From assembly GCA_051599415.1 (NCBI GenBank), contig AP039694.1:372001-436000 (forward strand): a DNA stretch of 64,000 nt, given 5' to 3'. Of this stretch, positions 53,506 to 64,000 are shown piece after piece (the first letter of the stretch is position 1; every line of letters begins with the position of its first letter). This DNA is from Savitreella phatthalungensis. Taxonomy: Eukaryota. The notes beneath the pieces are model-generated. The model was not told where the DNA came from. It did no database searches and saw only the letters and a program-made list of their open reading frames with translations. A program made the translations under genes and the position numbers.

Positions 53506-54076
53506 CGAGCGTGAAATTCGAGAGATGAAGTGAATACCAATTGAAGGGAATGTCGCAATAGAGTAAGACTACAGATCAATTGTGCAGAGCTGGAGTGTAT
53601 GTGTCTGTTTGAATGAGCTAGAGGATGTAGTTTTGTAGTGGTAGACTGTGGATGGATGATGTTGGATATGGGGATGACTACGCCAAGTTGATCAATCTTG
53701 TAATTTTGTAAATCAGCCTGTGTTCATCCCGCGCATCCACACAATGAATTCACCTGTCACATGCATCGGACAATCACAGCTCAGATATACACACAAGTAT
53801 ACAAGTACAAGTACAAAGGCCAGAGTACAACGAGTACAGGATGGGAAAGGATGATAGTGCATACTACACTGTGAGTCACAGAGTCCCAAGAGAAGAGCCC
53901 AAGACCATCGTCAGACACTGATAGATACTGATGTATTCAAGTTCGTGTTCATGCTCAATGCCTATGTCCATGCTTCTATATGCTCATCTACATCTCATGA
54001 TTTCATACCACGCTATTCCCTGCTCCTTTTGTCATCCAGTCGAGATTATACCTTTGGATGGTTTCCTGCCTGGCGA

Positions 54077-54946
54077 CTACTTGCCTTTCGGCTTGAAGAA
54101 TGAAGTCATTGGCTTCATCCCTTTCGTGCTCGCTTTTGCCAATTTATCCACACCGACTGACCTCTGCTTCTTTAGCGCTGGCTTCTCTTTACCTGCAGTT
54201 CCAGATTCATCCCAGGCAGCGTCAGCACCTCCACCTTTCTTCACAAACTCGTTCGGGTTGACATAGTGTGTCTGACCCTGAGCAGCCTCAAACCTTGCGA
54301 GCTCCTCAAAATCATACTCCCCTCTCAACCCTGCAGCCATGTTCGCTGGCAGGTACGAGCTGACAAGCTCGTATGCAGCTCGGAGTGACGCTTTTTCACG
54401 ATGCTCAGTCTCGTCAGGCAGCTGTTGGAGGATCTTCTGAGGGAGTCGACTTGCCACGGCCTCCACGCGCGCCTTGAAGAATCCATGCGCCTTCTCACGC
54501 GAGTACCGCCAGTACCCATCCGTCCCCTCAAGTTTCTCGCACACACAGCCCACGTGTGCTTCTAGCAAGTCGTGTATCCGCGGCGGCAGACCATCGAGCA
54601 GATCAAACGTCTCTTCAAATGTGTTGCTGGTATTGCCAGAGCCCTTGAGAGCGCGCTCAAAGTGGCCGACCAGCAGATATGCAGGATCGAATGGAGATGC
54701 CAGGTAGAAAGGAGCGCTCTCGATGATCTGGGTATCTGTCATGTATGATGGCTCTTTTCCAGGCTGTGGACTGAGTTCTAGGATCTCGTGCAGTCGCTTC
54801 GCGTCCATGTCGTGTAGGAACTGTGCGAGAGTTCCCGTTCGTGGGTGCGGTAGAAACAGGATGCTCGTCCGGCAAACCCCATCCTTCGAGACAGGTTGTG
54901 ATGCTTCCGTGGGTCTGACAATGATCCTCAGCTGTTCTGATGCCAT
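54077..54946 (-). CDS. RNH202: Ribonuclease H2 subunit B
   Basis: LPHPRTG, SPFDPAYLL, YWRYS.EK and C-terminal PIP-box-like GMKPMTSFF. Confidence 0.85.
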   Translation of the reverse strand: MASEQLRIIVRPTEASQPVSKDGVCRTSILFLPHPRTGTLAQFLHDMDAKRLHEILELSPQPGKEPSYMTDTQIIESAPFYLASPFDPAYLLVGHFERALKGSGNTSNTFEETFDLLDGLPPRIHDLLEAHVGCVCEKLEGTDGYWRYSREKAHGFFKARVEAVASRLPQKILQQLPDETEHREKASLRAAYELVSSYLPANMAAGLRGEYDFEELARFEAAQGQTHYVNPNEFVKKGGGADAAWDESGTAGKEKPALKKQRSVGVDKLAKASTKGMKPMTSFFKPKGK

Positions 54947-55421
54947 ACTCTGAGATCCTTGACGCGTGGAAGCAGACCGTCTATGGCTGAGGCAGGAGTC
55001 AGAATAGATGAAGTATGTGCTCGGGATGCGGCTGTTGAAGCGCGTCTCAAAAGAGTGAATCTCCGAATGAGGAATCTGACGTTCGAAATCTCGCAATCTA
55101 TTTTTGGCATCTTATCATCTGAACGCAGTTCTACGTCGAGAAGGGCATCGATGTGTGACAAGGACGGACATTCTGATCTTCAAAACCAATGATTCATCGA
55201 AGTGACGCTGGAATGCGTTGATTCCACTGGCTAAGGGTCTTCCTCGCGTGCTAGTCCTGGTCGTGGAATTGCGGACCTGCCATGGCTGTCAGTCGGCGGC
55301 TGGCGTTTCATCTGTGTTCTGCGTCTGCGGCCTGAGCTCATCCATCAACCGTGGGCCCGCGGGAGGGAACAACAGAGCTACTTCACTCAAAGATGATGCA
55401 CAACAGGTCGATAGCTAGTAT

Positions 55422-57098
55422 ATGCGGACGCTGTTCCCAGTCGAGTTGGCCGACGTGCGTCCTGTATGGGCTGGACAGTTGTCGGTATCGCGCGGTCCAT
55501 CGGGTATCGTCTCGAGTGCCGGCTTTGCAGAGCACCGTCGCCGACAGCAGCAGGAACAGCAACAAGTTGATGCTCGTCAAAAGAGTTCATCTAGACCTCG
55601 CAGGAAACGTGTCATGGCAGAAAGTAAGAAGGAGCTTCGTCTCAGTCGATCAGCCAAGATCTCCCGACCGCTCATGAGTCCGGGCTCCAGATTCGTTTCT
55701 CTTGCGGACCGCGTAGACGACAGATACGAAAAGCAGCGTCCTCGGCCACGTCGCGATGAGAATCCAGCAGCGCTGCCGCTGGGACGCTCGATGCCGACGA
55801 GTCCCAAGCCACTCAGACCTCGACGTCCGGAGGACAAGGTGGAGCAGGACTCAACCCCCCGAAATCCAGCACCACCCCCCGCTCATTCTGCCGACGACTA
55901 TGCTGACCTATTGATCGAGCGGAACAAATTGGAATTGGACATGTCTGAGCGTGAGCGGCGGTATGAAGGATTGCTGATGGAGGTACGGGAGGCGCTTGAG
56001 AAGCTGCGGTGTGAGCGTGACGAGCTTGCTCGGCAGTGCGAGTCTCTGGCAGAAGCGCTTGACGAGGAGCGCACAAAAGTCCACCTACGGAGACCTCTCA
56101 CTCCGCCGTCCGGTACAGCACAAGATTCCCATATCCATCCGCTGCGTCCTCGACCGCGAACCCAAGAAGCTACCACCGTGACCCACACGGCCACCACGCC
56201 TCGTGACACGGCAGCAGGTGAATTCGCATACCGCCGCACAGCGGACGATTTGACGGTCCTGCTACAGCACCACGATGACACGTATTTCCGGGACGGTTTC
56301 CTCGGATTGGAGGCGTCGATCCGACGATTTGTACTGAGTGGATTGAGGCGACAGAAGGAAGTGATTACAGCATTTGAGCTGACGCCGTTGATGACGGCAT
56401 ACCTCGCTCGCCACCAGATCGATCCAGGCTCGACCTTCCTTAATAAAGATCTGCGCGCCGTTGCAGCACGCGGGTTTCTGATCGACCTTCTCCTCGAGCG
56501 GTGTTTCCGCGGCTGCTTTCTTTTCGGTCTGCGAAACGGAGGGCCGCTGAAAGAAGCATTCGAGGCGCTTGCGGCGTCTGGGGAGGACGGCGACAGAGGG
56601 AGAGCTTCGCGGTGGGCAGCGACTGTCGCGAGAAACGCCGTCGCCACAAGTCTAGACTACAGGCCAGACAACGCGGCTGCACATTTGTCAGACGAACTCC
56701 GCACTCACCTCGAGTGCTTCATCGACACTAAACAGTCCTTTGGCTCTCTTGCCCAAGCTCCTGACCCCAACCTTCCAAACGATCACGGCGAAACCCCGGA
56801 CGATGGTGATTGCAGCTTGCGAGGCGTAGTCGATCGAGCTGGTGTCCTAGCTCGGGCATGCAGGCTAGACCATTCGGTCTTCACGATCACGTTGCCAGCG
56901 TACGCGGCGGAGTACGACTGTGACACGATGGACTCGAGCTCTGGATCACGCGGGAGGGTGTTTGTCGCATTCGCACCAGCAGTCACACGGTCCGGCACCC
57001 GTCTCAACGACGGCTACAAACTCCCAACCCCACTCACGAAAGCGAGAGTCTGGCGGGAGAACGTCCTAGACGATGTCCACCAGCGGATGTCAAAATGA
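55422..57098 (+). CDS. Hypothetical protein: disordered basic N-terminus, central coiled coil, globular C-terminal domain
   Basis: 558-aa ORF; heptad region ADLLIERNKLE...LDEER; start uncertain (55422 or 55614). Confidence 0.7.
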   Translation: MRTLFPVELADVRPVWAGQLSVSRGPSGIVSSAGFAEHRRRQQQEQQQVDARQKSSSRPRRKRVMAESKKELRLSRSAKISRPLMSPGSRFVSLADRVDDRYEKQRPRPRRDENPAALPLGRSMPTSPKPLRPRRPEDKVEQDSTPRNPAPPPAHSADDYADLLIERNKLELDMSERERRYEGLLMEVREALEKLRCERDELARQCESLAEALDEERTKVHLRRPLTPPSGTAQDSHIHPLRPRPRTQEATTVTHTATTPRDTAAGEFAYRRTADDLTVLLQHHDDTYFRDGFLGLEASIRRFVLSGLRRQKEVITAFELTPLMTAYLARHQIDPGSTFLNKDLRAVAARGFLIDLLLERCFRGCFLFGLRNGGPLKEAFEALAASGEDGDRGRASRWAATVARNAVATSLDYRPDNAAAHLSDELRTHLECFIDTKQSFGSLAQAPDPNLPNDHGETPDDGDCSLRGVVDRAGVLARACRLDHSVFTITLPAYAAEYDCDTMDSSSGSRGRVFVAFAPAVTRSGTRLNDGYKLPTPLTKARVWRENVLDDVHQRMSK

Positions 57099-57168
57099 TG
57101 GGCAGGTGAGGGAGGGGAGAAGTATTCAATTGATAGATATTCTAATAACGCTCCGGGAGGGTGTCTCT

Positions 57169-57618
57169 TCATGCGCGCATCGCAGCCTGGCACATCTTGA
57201 GCTGCTCGAGGTAGTACGAGCACGACTGCATGTCACCGCCGGTGGAGTCTAGACACTGTGTGAATGCCTTGGCGTCTCCCTCGCAGCTTGCTCCCTGCCG
57301 ACCGTATGTCTGGGCGGATGCTGCGTAGTTGTCGTACGCTCCTGGTGTGTTGTTGTTCTGTGGAACGGCCTCAGGAGCAGCAGCATGACCACCACCGCCA
57401 GTCAGCATGTTACCCACACTGTGTCCAATCGCACTGCCGATCCCGACACCAGCAGCAGTCGACATCATGTTACCGAAAAACCCGGAACCACCACCAGACG
57501 CAGCCACAGGCGCAGGAGGAACAGCCGTACCGTGCGCTGGCACACTGGAAGCGTGACGTGCTGGAGCTGGCGCAGGACGAGATGCCGGCGCTGCGCGACC
57601 TCTAGATTGACGAGGCAT
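57169..57618 (-). CDS. MIX17: Mitochondrial intermembrane-space twin-CX9C protein MIX17/CHCHD2
   Basis: MPRQSRGR presequence, FGNMMSTAAGVGIGSAIGH, CX9C...CX9C. Confidence 0.93.
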   Translation of the reverse strand: MPRQSRGRAAPASRPAPAPARHASSVPAHGTAVPPAPVAASGGGSGFFGNMMSTAAGVGIGSAIGHSVGNMLTGGGGHAAAPEAVPQNNNTPGAYDNYAASAQTYGRQGASCEGDAKAFTQCLDSTGGDMQSCSYYLEQLKMCQAAMRA

Positions 57619-57880
57619 TCTGTGTTCCTTTTTTTTTTGGGTCTTGATACGTGTGTGTGTATGGGTATGTGTCGACGTAAGCTTATAGCTTTTCATATGT
57701 CGACGATCGACCACGGATGAAAAGTGGAAGTACGTGGAGAGAATCTTCTAATTCACGTGTCAGCTACACGTGCACATACACCAAAACAAAAACGTCCCGT
57801 GTGGAGACATACACACACACTGCCCACATTCTAAAGCATACAGTCACGCCTCCCACTTGTTGAGCACGTTCAGCGTGAGG

Positions 57881-58774
57881 ATGACATCTCGACGGCATCG
57901 ACCTGCGGGCGTTACGGACGCTCCTGGGCGGGGGATTGGCGGGATGCTCCGGCGTGGTGTGCGTGGTGATATGTCAGGGTCGTCGTCGTTCGCAGACTCT
58001 TCGATGTCCGGGTCGCCTCTTGGTGTGACTACGCTAGCTCCACCCACCACCGCCACCATGGCCAGCGTCCTCGATCGCGCCGCAGCAACACCAGCAATCC
58101 CACCGGATCTCCTCAAGTCACGCACCGCCAGGTTCATCACCACAGGCCAAGCGGCCGCCGCGTGTGTGTCGTTCTGGCGCGAGTGCGGGGGGTTGCTTGA
58201 GCCTTACGCTGCAGGGGATGTGCGCGATGGGGCGGATGGCGGTGAAGGTGGGAGTGATCGGGATGTGGGGCCGATGTCGTCGAGACATATGCTTCCCAGC
58301 GGGCTCGGCATCGGCGGTTTGGGTGTTGGTGTCGGCGCATCACCACCGACACCCTCGCACGGAAGGCGACATGGGTACGCCGTGGGTGTGGGCGCTCGGG
58401 CGGAGGAGAGGCCCCACAAGAGGTTGAGGATCGGACAGGGAGGGTCAGAGAGGGCGAGGTTGGAGGTAGGCGCGCTTGAGGCACTGGATGATGGCGATCG
58501 CTTGGAGTTGAGGAATAGCTTGGACGTTGTGCGGAGGTGGGTGGCTCTGAAAGAGGAGGAGGACCTGGATCGGGAGAGGGGCGGTATTGGCGATGAAGAT
58601 GGCGCTGAGAGGGGTAGACGAAGATACTTGCTCGACCAGGCCAGACCTAGAGTCGATCAGGACGCCGCGAGATTACGGGAATTCACTTGGCAGCGCGCAG
58701 AGGCACTGCTTGAGAGAGACGCTTGGAGATTTGAGTCCATCAGCACAACGGGAATGCCCAAGATGAAGAACTGA
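57881..58774 (+). CDS. Hypothetical Gly/Ser/Arg-rich protein
   Basis: 297-aa ORF from first ATG; helical C-terminal segment; no recognised family. Confidence 0.55.
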   Translation: MTSRRHRPAGVTDAPGRGIGGMLRRGVRGDMSGSSSFADSSMSGSPLGVTTLAPPTTATMASVLDRAAATPAIPPDLLKSRTARFITTGQAAAACVSFWRECGGLLEPYAAGDVRDGADGGEGGSDRDVGPMSSRHMLPSGLGIGGLGVGVGASPPTPSHGRRHGYAVGVGARAEERPHKRLRIGQGGSERARLEVGALEALDDGDRLELRNSLDVVRRWVALKEEEDLDRERGGIGDEDGAERGRRRYLLDQARPRVDQDAARLREFTWQRAEALLERDAWRFESISTTGMPKMKN

Positions 58775-58841
58775 TAAAATTAATGAATGACTGTACATAT
58801 AAGTAAGGCTACGAGTATTGGAAAAGACTGCACATCAGCTC

Positions 58842-60461
58842 TTAGACGATGGTTGTGACGGGCTTTTCGGCGACGGCGATGTTGTCGCTCTTGCTGGTTG
58901 AGTCGTAGGTGACGAGGCCTTCGATGGCATCGGTGTCGACTTCTGCGCACCAGGAGACGCCGCAGGCTGGGACTGGTGAGATCCGGCAAAGTATGTAGTA
59001 CGAAGCGCCAGAGACGATGAGGCCAAGGAAGAAGTTGAGGTTGTACATGTGGGTGGCTGCGAGAGGTACGTCTGCACCGACAGAACCTGCAAAGCCGACA
59101 ACGTTGATGACAATACCCAGGATGTATGCCACGTAGGCACGCCAGTTAACACCCATCCGATAGTAATATGGCGTGCCCTTGTCGCCCTTGTAGAGCGCGT
59201 TGATATCAAAGTAGCCCTTGCGGACGATGTAGTAGTCGCAGAGCATGACGCCGATGATGGAGGAGAGGAAGGTCGAGTAGGATGAGAGGTAAGAGGTGAA
59301 GGTGGAAGACGACTTGAAGAAGTTCCAGGGCTGGATGAGGAGGCCGACGGCAGCACAGACGTACTGGCCACGACGGATGTTCAGGAATTTGGGCATGAGC
59401 GCCGTCAGGTCAGAACCTGCAGAGATCGAGTTGGCTGCGACGTTAATGCCGATGGCCGCCAAGGCGAACGAGGCTGCAAGGAAGAAGACGCCCGCACGGG
59501 CGGCTCCATTAGCATTCTCGAGGAAGCGGCCAAGGAGGTCGAGTGGTGCCCAGATCGGCTCGCCATAGATGACGGTCGATGCAGAAGACACAATCACACC
59601 GACAAAGCTGGCTGCAGCAAAGCCGAGCGGGATGGTGAGTGCCTGTGTCCAGTAGGTGTCGCTCGGCTTGCGGGCGAATCGGGTAAAGTCAGAGTCGTTC
59701 AGGACGAGGGTGGCAAAGTTTGAGAGGGATGACATGATGCCGGCAACCCACTGCCATGCGCGAACGCTGCCGTGGATGGTGGCTGGTTGGTGGACGATGG
59801 GTCCGAGTCCCTTGGCCTTGACGACGACCCAGACGAAGAACAGGAGGCCTGCAGGAGGGACGATGATAGCCTTGACTGTGAAGAGCCAGCGGATCTTGTG
59901 GACCGGCGGGTAGAGGAAGAGGCAGGAGATGAGCCAGAAGATGAAGAAGCCGACGAAGTCGACAGTCGTTGTGCCGGAGTCTGGGATACCGTTGTGGATG
60001 TTCTTGTAGCTTGGTGCGATGGCACGGAGCATGAGCACCACGCACTGGCCTCCAAGCCACGCCTGGACACCGTACCAGACACACGCCATCGCCCCACGGT
60101 TGAAGACGACCCAAAGCGAGCCCCAGGTGCCGAAGGATGAACGGATGAGGACAGGGAGACCGATGTGGTAGGTTGCACCAATTCGACCGGACAGCGTGAT
60201 GAAGACGCCGACAATCACGTAACCGATCCAAACGGTCAGCCATGCTTCCCACCAGGTCAGGCCTGCGATGACGGAGGTCGAGACGATCTGGAGAGTATTG
60301 AGGTTGAGGGAGTCACTAAGCCAGAAGGCGACGTAGTTCCACTTGCCCCAGACACGACGTGCAGGCTCCACTGGCTTGAGGTCGTGGTTGTTGAGCATTG
60401 CCTCCTTGCCAGTCAGGTGCTTGGACATTGAATCCGCATACATCCATCCTGGGATATGCAT
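58842..60461 (-). CDS. NCS1 family nucleobase permease (uracil/allantoin, FUR4/DAL4-like)
   Basis: LNNHDLKPVEP.RR.W, RSSFG.WG, MACVWYGVQAW, DFTRFA, NVAANSISAG.D...L.PKFLNIRRG; strongly biased codons. Confidence 0.93.
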   Translation of the reverse strand: MHIPGWMYADSMSKHLTGKEAMLNNHDLKPVEPARRVWGKWNYVAFWLSDSLNLNTLQIVSTSVIAGLTWWEAWLTVWIGYVIVGVFITLSGRIGATYHIGLPVLIRSSFGTWGSLWVVFNRGAMACVWYGVQAWLGGQCVVLMLRAIAPSYKNIHNGIPDSGTTTVDFVGFFIFWLISCLFLYPPVHKIRWLFTVKAIIVPPAGLLFFVWVVVKAKGLGPIVHQPATIHGSVRAWQWVAGIMSSLSNFATLVLNDSDFTRFARKPSDTYWTQALTIPLGFAAASFVGVIVSSASTVIYGEPIWAPLDLLGRFLENANGAARAGVFFLAASFALAAIGINVAANSISAGSDLTALMPKFLNIRRGQYVCAAVGLLIQPWNFFKSSSTFTSYLSSYSTFLSSIIGVMLCDYYIVRKGYFDINALYKGDKGTPYYYRMGVNWRAYVAYILGIVINVVGFAGSVGADVPLAATHMYNLNFFLGLIVSGASYYILCRISPVPACGVSWCAEVDTDAIEGLVTYDSTSKSDNIAVAEKPVTTIV

Positions 60462-60581
60462 CCTGGCGAAGGTAAAGGTCACAGACGACAGGAAGATGAA
60501 CTCGTGATGAAATGGCGATGAGTGCGACTGGTGATTGTCTTATACAAGAGAATACAAGGGGCCAAGAGACCTGGGTCGGCT

Positions 60582-61302
60582 TGATAAGTGTGTGAGAGGG
60601 ATTGAGAGTGAGATTGAAGGCTCGCTTGTCAGACGTCAGCCGCCGTGCATAAGATAGTGAAAGTGATCTCGGGCTGTTCAGCGAGCAGAGTAGGGAGTAG
60701 TTAGTATGAAGATGAAGTAGCCGGTAACGTCGCGTAGATAGCTGAGTGAGTTGGGTGACTAGATAGAGATCCAAGTACACGAGACATCCCTTGACTGTGG
60801 CCAGTGCAGGAATGCAGTGATTGCCCGTGAGCATTAGGCTGATAGAGGTCGCACGAGCATAGGTGGGAGATCCTGTACAGACTTGACCGGCTGACTAGCT
60901 ATCTTTGTCGATTCGGGAAGGGATCATGACCTGGATAGTATATCCTGCATGATAGCTGCGCAGAGCTGGGATCACATAGAAGCCCCACTTGTTATCTCCC
61001 TAATAGTCTTGCCGATAATCTCTTTCCTGTTGCCAGTTGGAACCTGGCGGCCGAAGAGTGGAAGGTAGAGGAGGAATGAAGGGATTCGATGTCTATCGTT
61101 GAGCTGTGGTAGAAGGGGTTGCGGCTGCGGGTAAAGTCCAGTTGGTGTTTGCAGAGATAAGCGGCTCATCTGGAGTTTGTATCTCAAAACACAAACATTG
61201 TATCTAAAGCGGGTGAAACGTTAGAAATCTGAAAGATAAGATCAACCGTCCGAGTACTCAATTTGGTAACTGCCGCTAGTCAATGCTAGACCAGACAGAT
61301 AA
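60582..61302. promoter_or_regulatory. GATA-site cluster upstream of the NCS1 permease
   Basis: 13 HGATAR sites counted by eye on both strands in about 720 bp. Confidence 0.6.
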
Positions 61303-61388
61303 ATCTTCACAGAGGCCATGACGAAGCAGGTCACGCGAACACCGTCTTGATGATCACTGGGTAGATTCGCAGCTGACCGAAGGAGCAA

Positions 61389-61437
61389 TCTGGAGTTCGG
61401 AGTCTGGAGTCTGGAGCTCGGAGTCTGGAGTTCGGAG
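61389..61437. repeat. Seven-unit heptamer tandem repeat (TCTGGAG / TTCGGAG / CTCGGAG)
   Basis: tctggag ttcggag tctggag tctggag ctcggag tctggag ttcggag. Confidence 0.9.
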
Positions 61438-61870
61438 TCAGAAATTCCTTGTGACCATATCTGATACTCTCTCTTCTTGGAGGAAATCGATGCTTAACTC
61501 CAGGACAAGTGATGATGCTTACAGTCGATGTGAGTCGTGTGTGTCTGAATGGCAATGTACTGAGAACGTTCTACATTTGGCCTGGTCCCTCTGGGTTGCT
61601 GCTGTGAAGTAGAGTTGCTGTGGGTAGATGACTGTGCATCTTTCAATTGAGTACGAACGATGAGTGCGGGTCTTCATGCACATGCACATGCACATGGAAT
61701 TCCTGTCAGATGCATGAAAATTCATGCAGCATCAAGACACCCGTGAATCCCAGTGGAAACCAGAGTCCCTCACCGGCTCCACTCTCTCAACACACTCACT
61801 CACTACTCACACTTTCCCCCCCTGACGCAATGATTTGAGATCTACTCTTAGCTAGGCTGACCCATTCTCC

Positions 61871-62793
61871 ATGGATTCTGATGCAGTCGACGGGGATGAG
61901 GTTGTACAGACGCACGAGGATTTCTTCGGTGAATCGTTGCTGACGATCTTTGACGATGTGCGTGTACAGCACGGTGAGCCTGGGGGTGAATTCACATTTG
62001 CTTCCGCTAGTCACGGGTATTAGCCCCGAAGAAATCTATATATCCAGAAACTCTCACTGACACCGAGTTAGAAATCTTGTGGTGAGGCTGGCTCACACCC
62101 AGGGAGCCAAGTGGGAAGATATCCTCAAATTCGCTCACCAGGTGTGGAATGCCGAGTTGGATGTCGCTCGCCGTATTGATCGCGGCCTTCTTAGGTTCAG
62201 GGGCAAACGCGTCCTGGAACTCGGTGCAGGCACTGGACTCGCAGGCGTAATGGCCGGGTTTGGGGGTGCCGAATGCGTCGTGCTCTCGGACTACCCAGCA
62301 CCTGAAATCCTCGATGCGCTCAAGGTCAATGGAGACCGCCTACTGGGCACGGCCGAATGCAGACATACCGTGGTCGGGTACATCTGGGGAGACGATGTCA
62401 CACCCTTGTTGACAATACTCGGCGAAGGTGGTCGCTTCGATGCGGTGATCCTGGCAGACTGCTTGTGGATGCCGGACCAGCACGCGTCTCTGTGCAAGAG
62501 CCTCCGAGATGTCTTGGCAGAAGATGGTATTGTGTACTGCGTAGCCGGATTCCATTCTGGCAGAGCGAAAATGCAAGCTTTCTTCACATCCGCTGTACCT
62601 GATGCTGGACTGCGTGTTCGAAGCATTGTCGAGGAGAATCATCGAGGTGAACAGCGACCATGGGACGCTTTGCGGCACGAAGAAGAGTACGCTGCCGTCA
62701 CCGCTTCAAGAGTGATGAAAGTATACTGACAACGATGTTAGCAATATCGAACGGCGGAGATGGCAGGTGATTGCAGAGATTGTGCATCGATGA
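61871..62793 (+). CDS. EFM7: Class I SAM-dependent protein methyltransferase, EFM7/NNT1-like; exons 61871-62016, 62072-62686, 62742-62793
   Basis: VLELGAGTGL, SDYP, ADCLWM..QH..L motifs; two 55-nt introns (GT...CTGAC...TAG) join MDSD...HG|NLVVRL and HEED|NIERRRWQVIA in frame. Confidence 0.82.
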
Positions 62794-62808
62794 GCTGGGA
62801 GTCTTCAT

Positions 62809-64000
62809 TCATCTGGCCTGATCGCGCGAGCCCTCGGTCCGGGTTTCTTCAGGCACGACAGCTTGTCGGTCGACAGGCCTGGCTGTGTGGTGATCGAGCG
62901 CGGGGACGTGATGGCCGCTGCGATAGGATGACGAGAAGCTAGCTCGACTGCGGACGCTGTGGGAAGATGGTGCTGCGTGGCCAATGCCGGACCCGGTGGC
63001 GCTGTGCTGCCGCGACACAAAGTAGGCAAGCAACGGAGCGCTCTGATTAACTGACTGGGAGCTCGACAGTCGGTCCAGCCGAGCTCTCCTGAGACTTGTC
63101 CCGGCAGTGGAAGAACCTCCCATGTGACCGGCGCTACCGTCGAAGGTCTGCTGTGGCGAAGGTGCAGTAAGATAGACTGCAGGAACGCGACCGTCTGCGC
63201 CGGTTGACGGCAAACGGCGTCTACCTTGCCGGTGATTCGATCTGTCGAGTGAGTCACGGCCAGCGCTTAATAGTCTCGTCCGCTCGTCTGTCGGTGGACC
63301 ACCTGTGGTGAAAGTCTTGTTCCATGCGCGTTTGAGCTTGTCAGTCCAAGATGTCGCGTCCGAGCTACTAGCGTGGCCAGGTGAGTCATGCGTGTTGTTT
63401 TTGGACTCGTCTTCGTCAGTCTCACGACCGGATGAGATGATGTAAACACCTGAGAATGTGAGAAGGCAGCCGAGGAAGAACGTGAAAAGGTTGACAGCTG
63501 ACATTTTCTGGAAGTCGCGGTAGAGCACGGCACTTCCGACAATCGTGGAGATTGTGAAGGTGACAAATTGCGTCGGTATGACCTGCGTGGCATCGAATCT
63601 TGCAAGCGCTCTGTTCAGGTAGCGAACTTGCATAACAGCGGTGATGATGAGGACCGCGACGAGAGCATAAAAGATTGGGTACGAGAAGACGTTGTAGAAG
63701 AGTGCTGAAAGCAGAGATGATGTTCCTTTCGTGGAAAGGGCTGTGAACGCTCCGAAGAGTGCTACGCAGCCAAGGTCGATCAGTATGTATCTGTCGCCGT
63801 ATTTGGGCGAAAGTGCCATGAGACCGGCGATGAGGATGATGCTGACGAGAGCGTAAATCCTGAAACTGAGTTGCCCGATGGCCTGCTTGATCTCGTCTGG
63901 ATTCAGCTGCGGCTGTTCTTGATCAGAGGAGAGTACGACTGCGACAGCGCCAGCGGCTGCTAGTGCAACGCCTGCAAAGTCCTTTGCACGAAAGTGCTCC
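62809..64000 (-). CDS. NIPA/DUF803 magnesium transporter; 5' end outside the window
   Basis: IDLGCVALFGAFTALSTKG, QVRYLNRALARFDATQVIPTQFV.FT motifs; the frame continues upstream of 63819 toward the window edge. Confidence 0.9.
   Translation of the reverse strand, partial: EHFRAKDFAGVALAAAGAVAVVLSSDQEQPQLNPDEIKQAIGQLSFRIYALVSIILIAGLMALSPKYGDRYILIDLGCVALFGAFTALSTKGTSSLLSALFYNVFSYPIFYALVAVLIITAVMQVRYLNRALARFDATQVIPTQFVTFTISTIVGSAVLYRDFQKMSAVNLFTFFLGCLLTFSGVYIISSGRETDEDESKNNTHDSPGHASSSDATSWTDKLKRAWNKTFTTGGPPTDERTRLLSAGRDSLDRSNHRQGRRRLPSTGADGRVPAVYLTAPSPQQTFDGSAGHMGGSSTAGTSLRRARLDRLSSSQSVNQSAPLLAYFVSRQHSATGSGIGHAAPSSHSVRSRASFSSSYRSGHHVPALDHHTARPVDRQAVVPEETRTEGSRDQAR

Noticed and set aside
4464..60461. 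Nitrogen-scavenging gene cluster (amidase, UreG, nitrilase, Par32-like, NCS1, ACS-type MFS)
   Set aside because: The genes are scattered over 56 kb among unrelated housekeeping genes, with no evidence of clustering beyond chance.
1..64000. tRNA/rRNA genes, transposons, CRISPR arrays, and the many 60-250 aa overlapping ORFs in the track
   Set aside because: I recognised no cloverleaf or B-box, transposase, reverse transcriptase or repeat-spacer pattern by eye. The overlapping ORFs are shadows of real genes. A tRNAscan-SE or Rfam run would be needed to exclude small RNAs.

Overview
This is gene-dense, intron-poor fungal genomic DNA. The gene set, short GT..CTRAC..YAG introns of about 55-65 nt and convergent stop codons only 15-80 bp apart are what I would expect of a compact yeast-like ascomycete, possibly Taphrinomycotina (taxon is inference). 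About 43 protein-coding loci are supportable. Most are conserved housekeeping or metabolic genes: CoA-transferase III, Cof HAD hydrolase, ELMOD, amidase, SLC35 transporters, BLOS1, KEL3, CitE-like lyase, UreG, Prx5, MsrA, metacaspase, BNA3-like aminotransferase, DUF1996, WSC-GH81 glucanase, VanZ, FYVE-RING, lactonase, MFS carriers, nitrilase, Alb1/Ecm1, Par32-like, SET, LCL2, GOR1-like, RNase H2B, MIX17, NCS1 permease, EFM7 and NIPA. I saw no tRNA, rRNA, CRISPR array or recognisable transposon. The most interesting observation is a small orphan ORF (42363-42662, minus strand) ending in a CaaX box (YTWNYSSP-CTIM) with a TATA box and upstream HMG-box ACAAT sites, a candidate lipopeptide mating-pheromone precursor. 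Other highlights: a secreted His1 (histidine-brace-like) LPMO-like protein; three apparent gene lesions (an in-frame TAG in a secreted coiled-coil protein, a 22-bp tandem duplication frameshifting an ATR1-like MFS pump, and a probable 1-nt frameshift in an orphan gene); and a dense GATA cluster upstream of the NCS1 permease. All family calls come from motif recognition by eye, not database searches.
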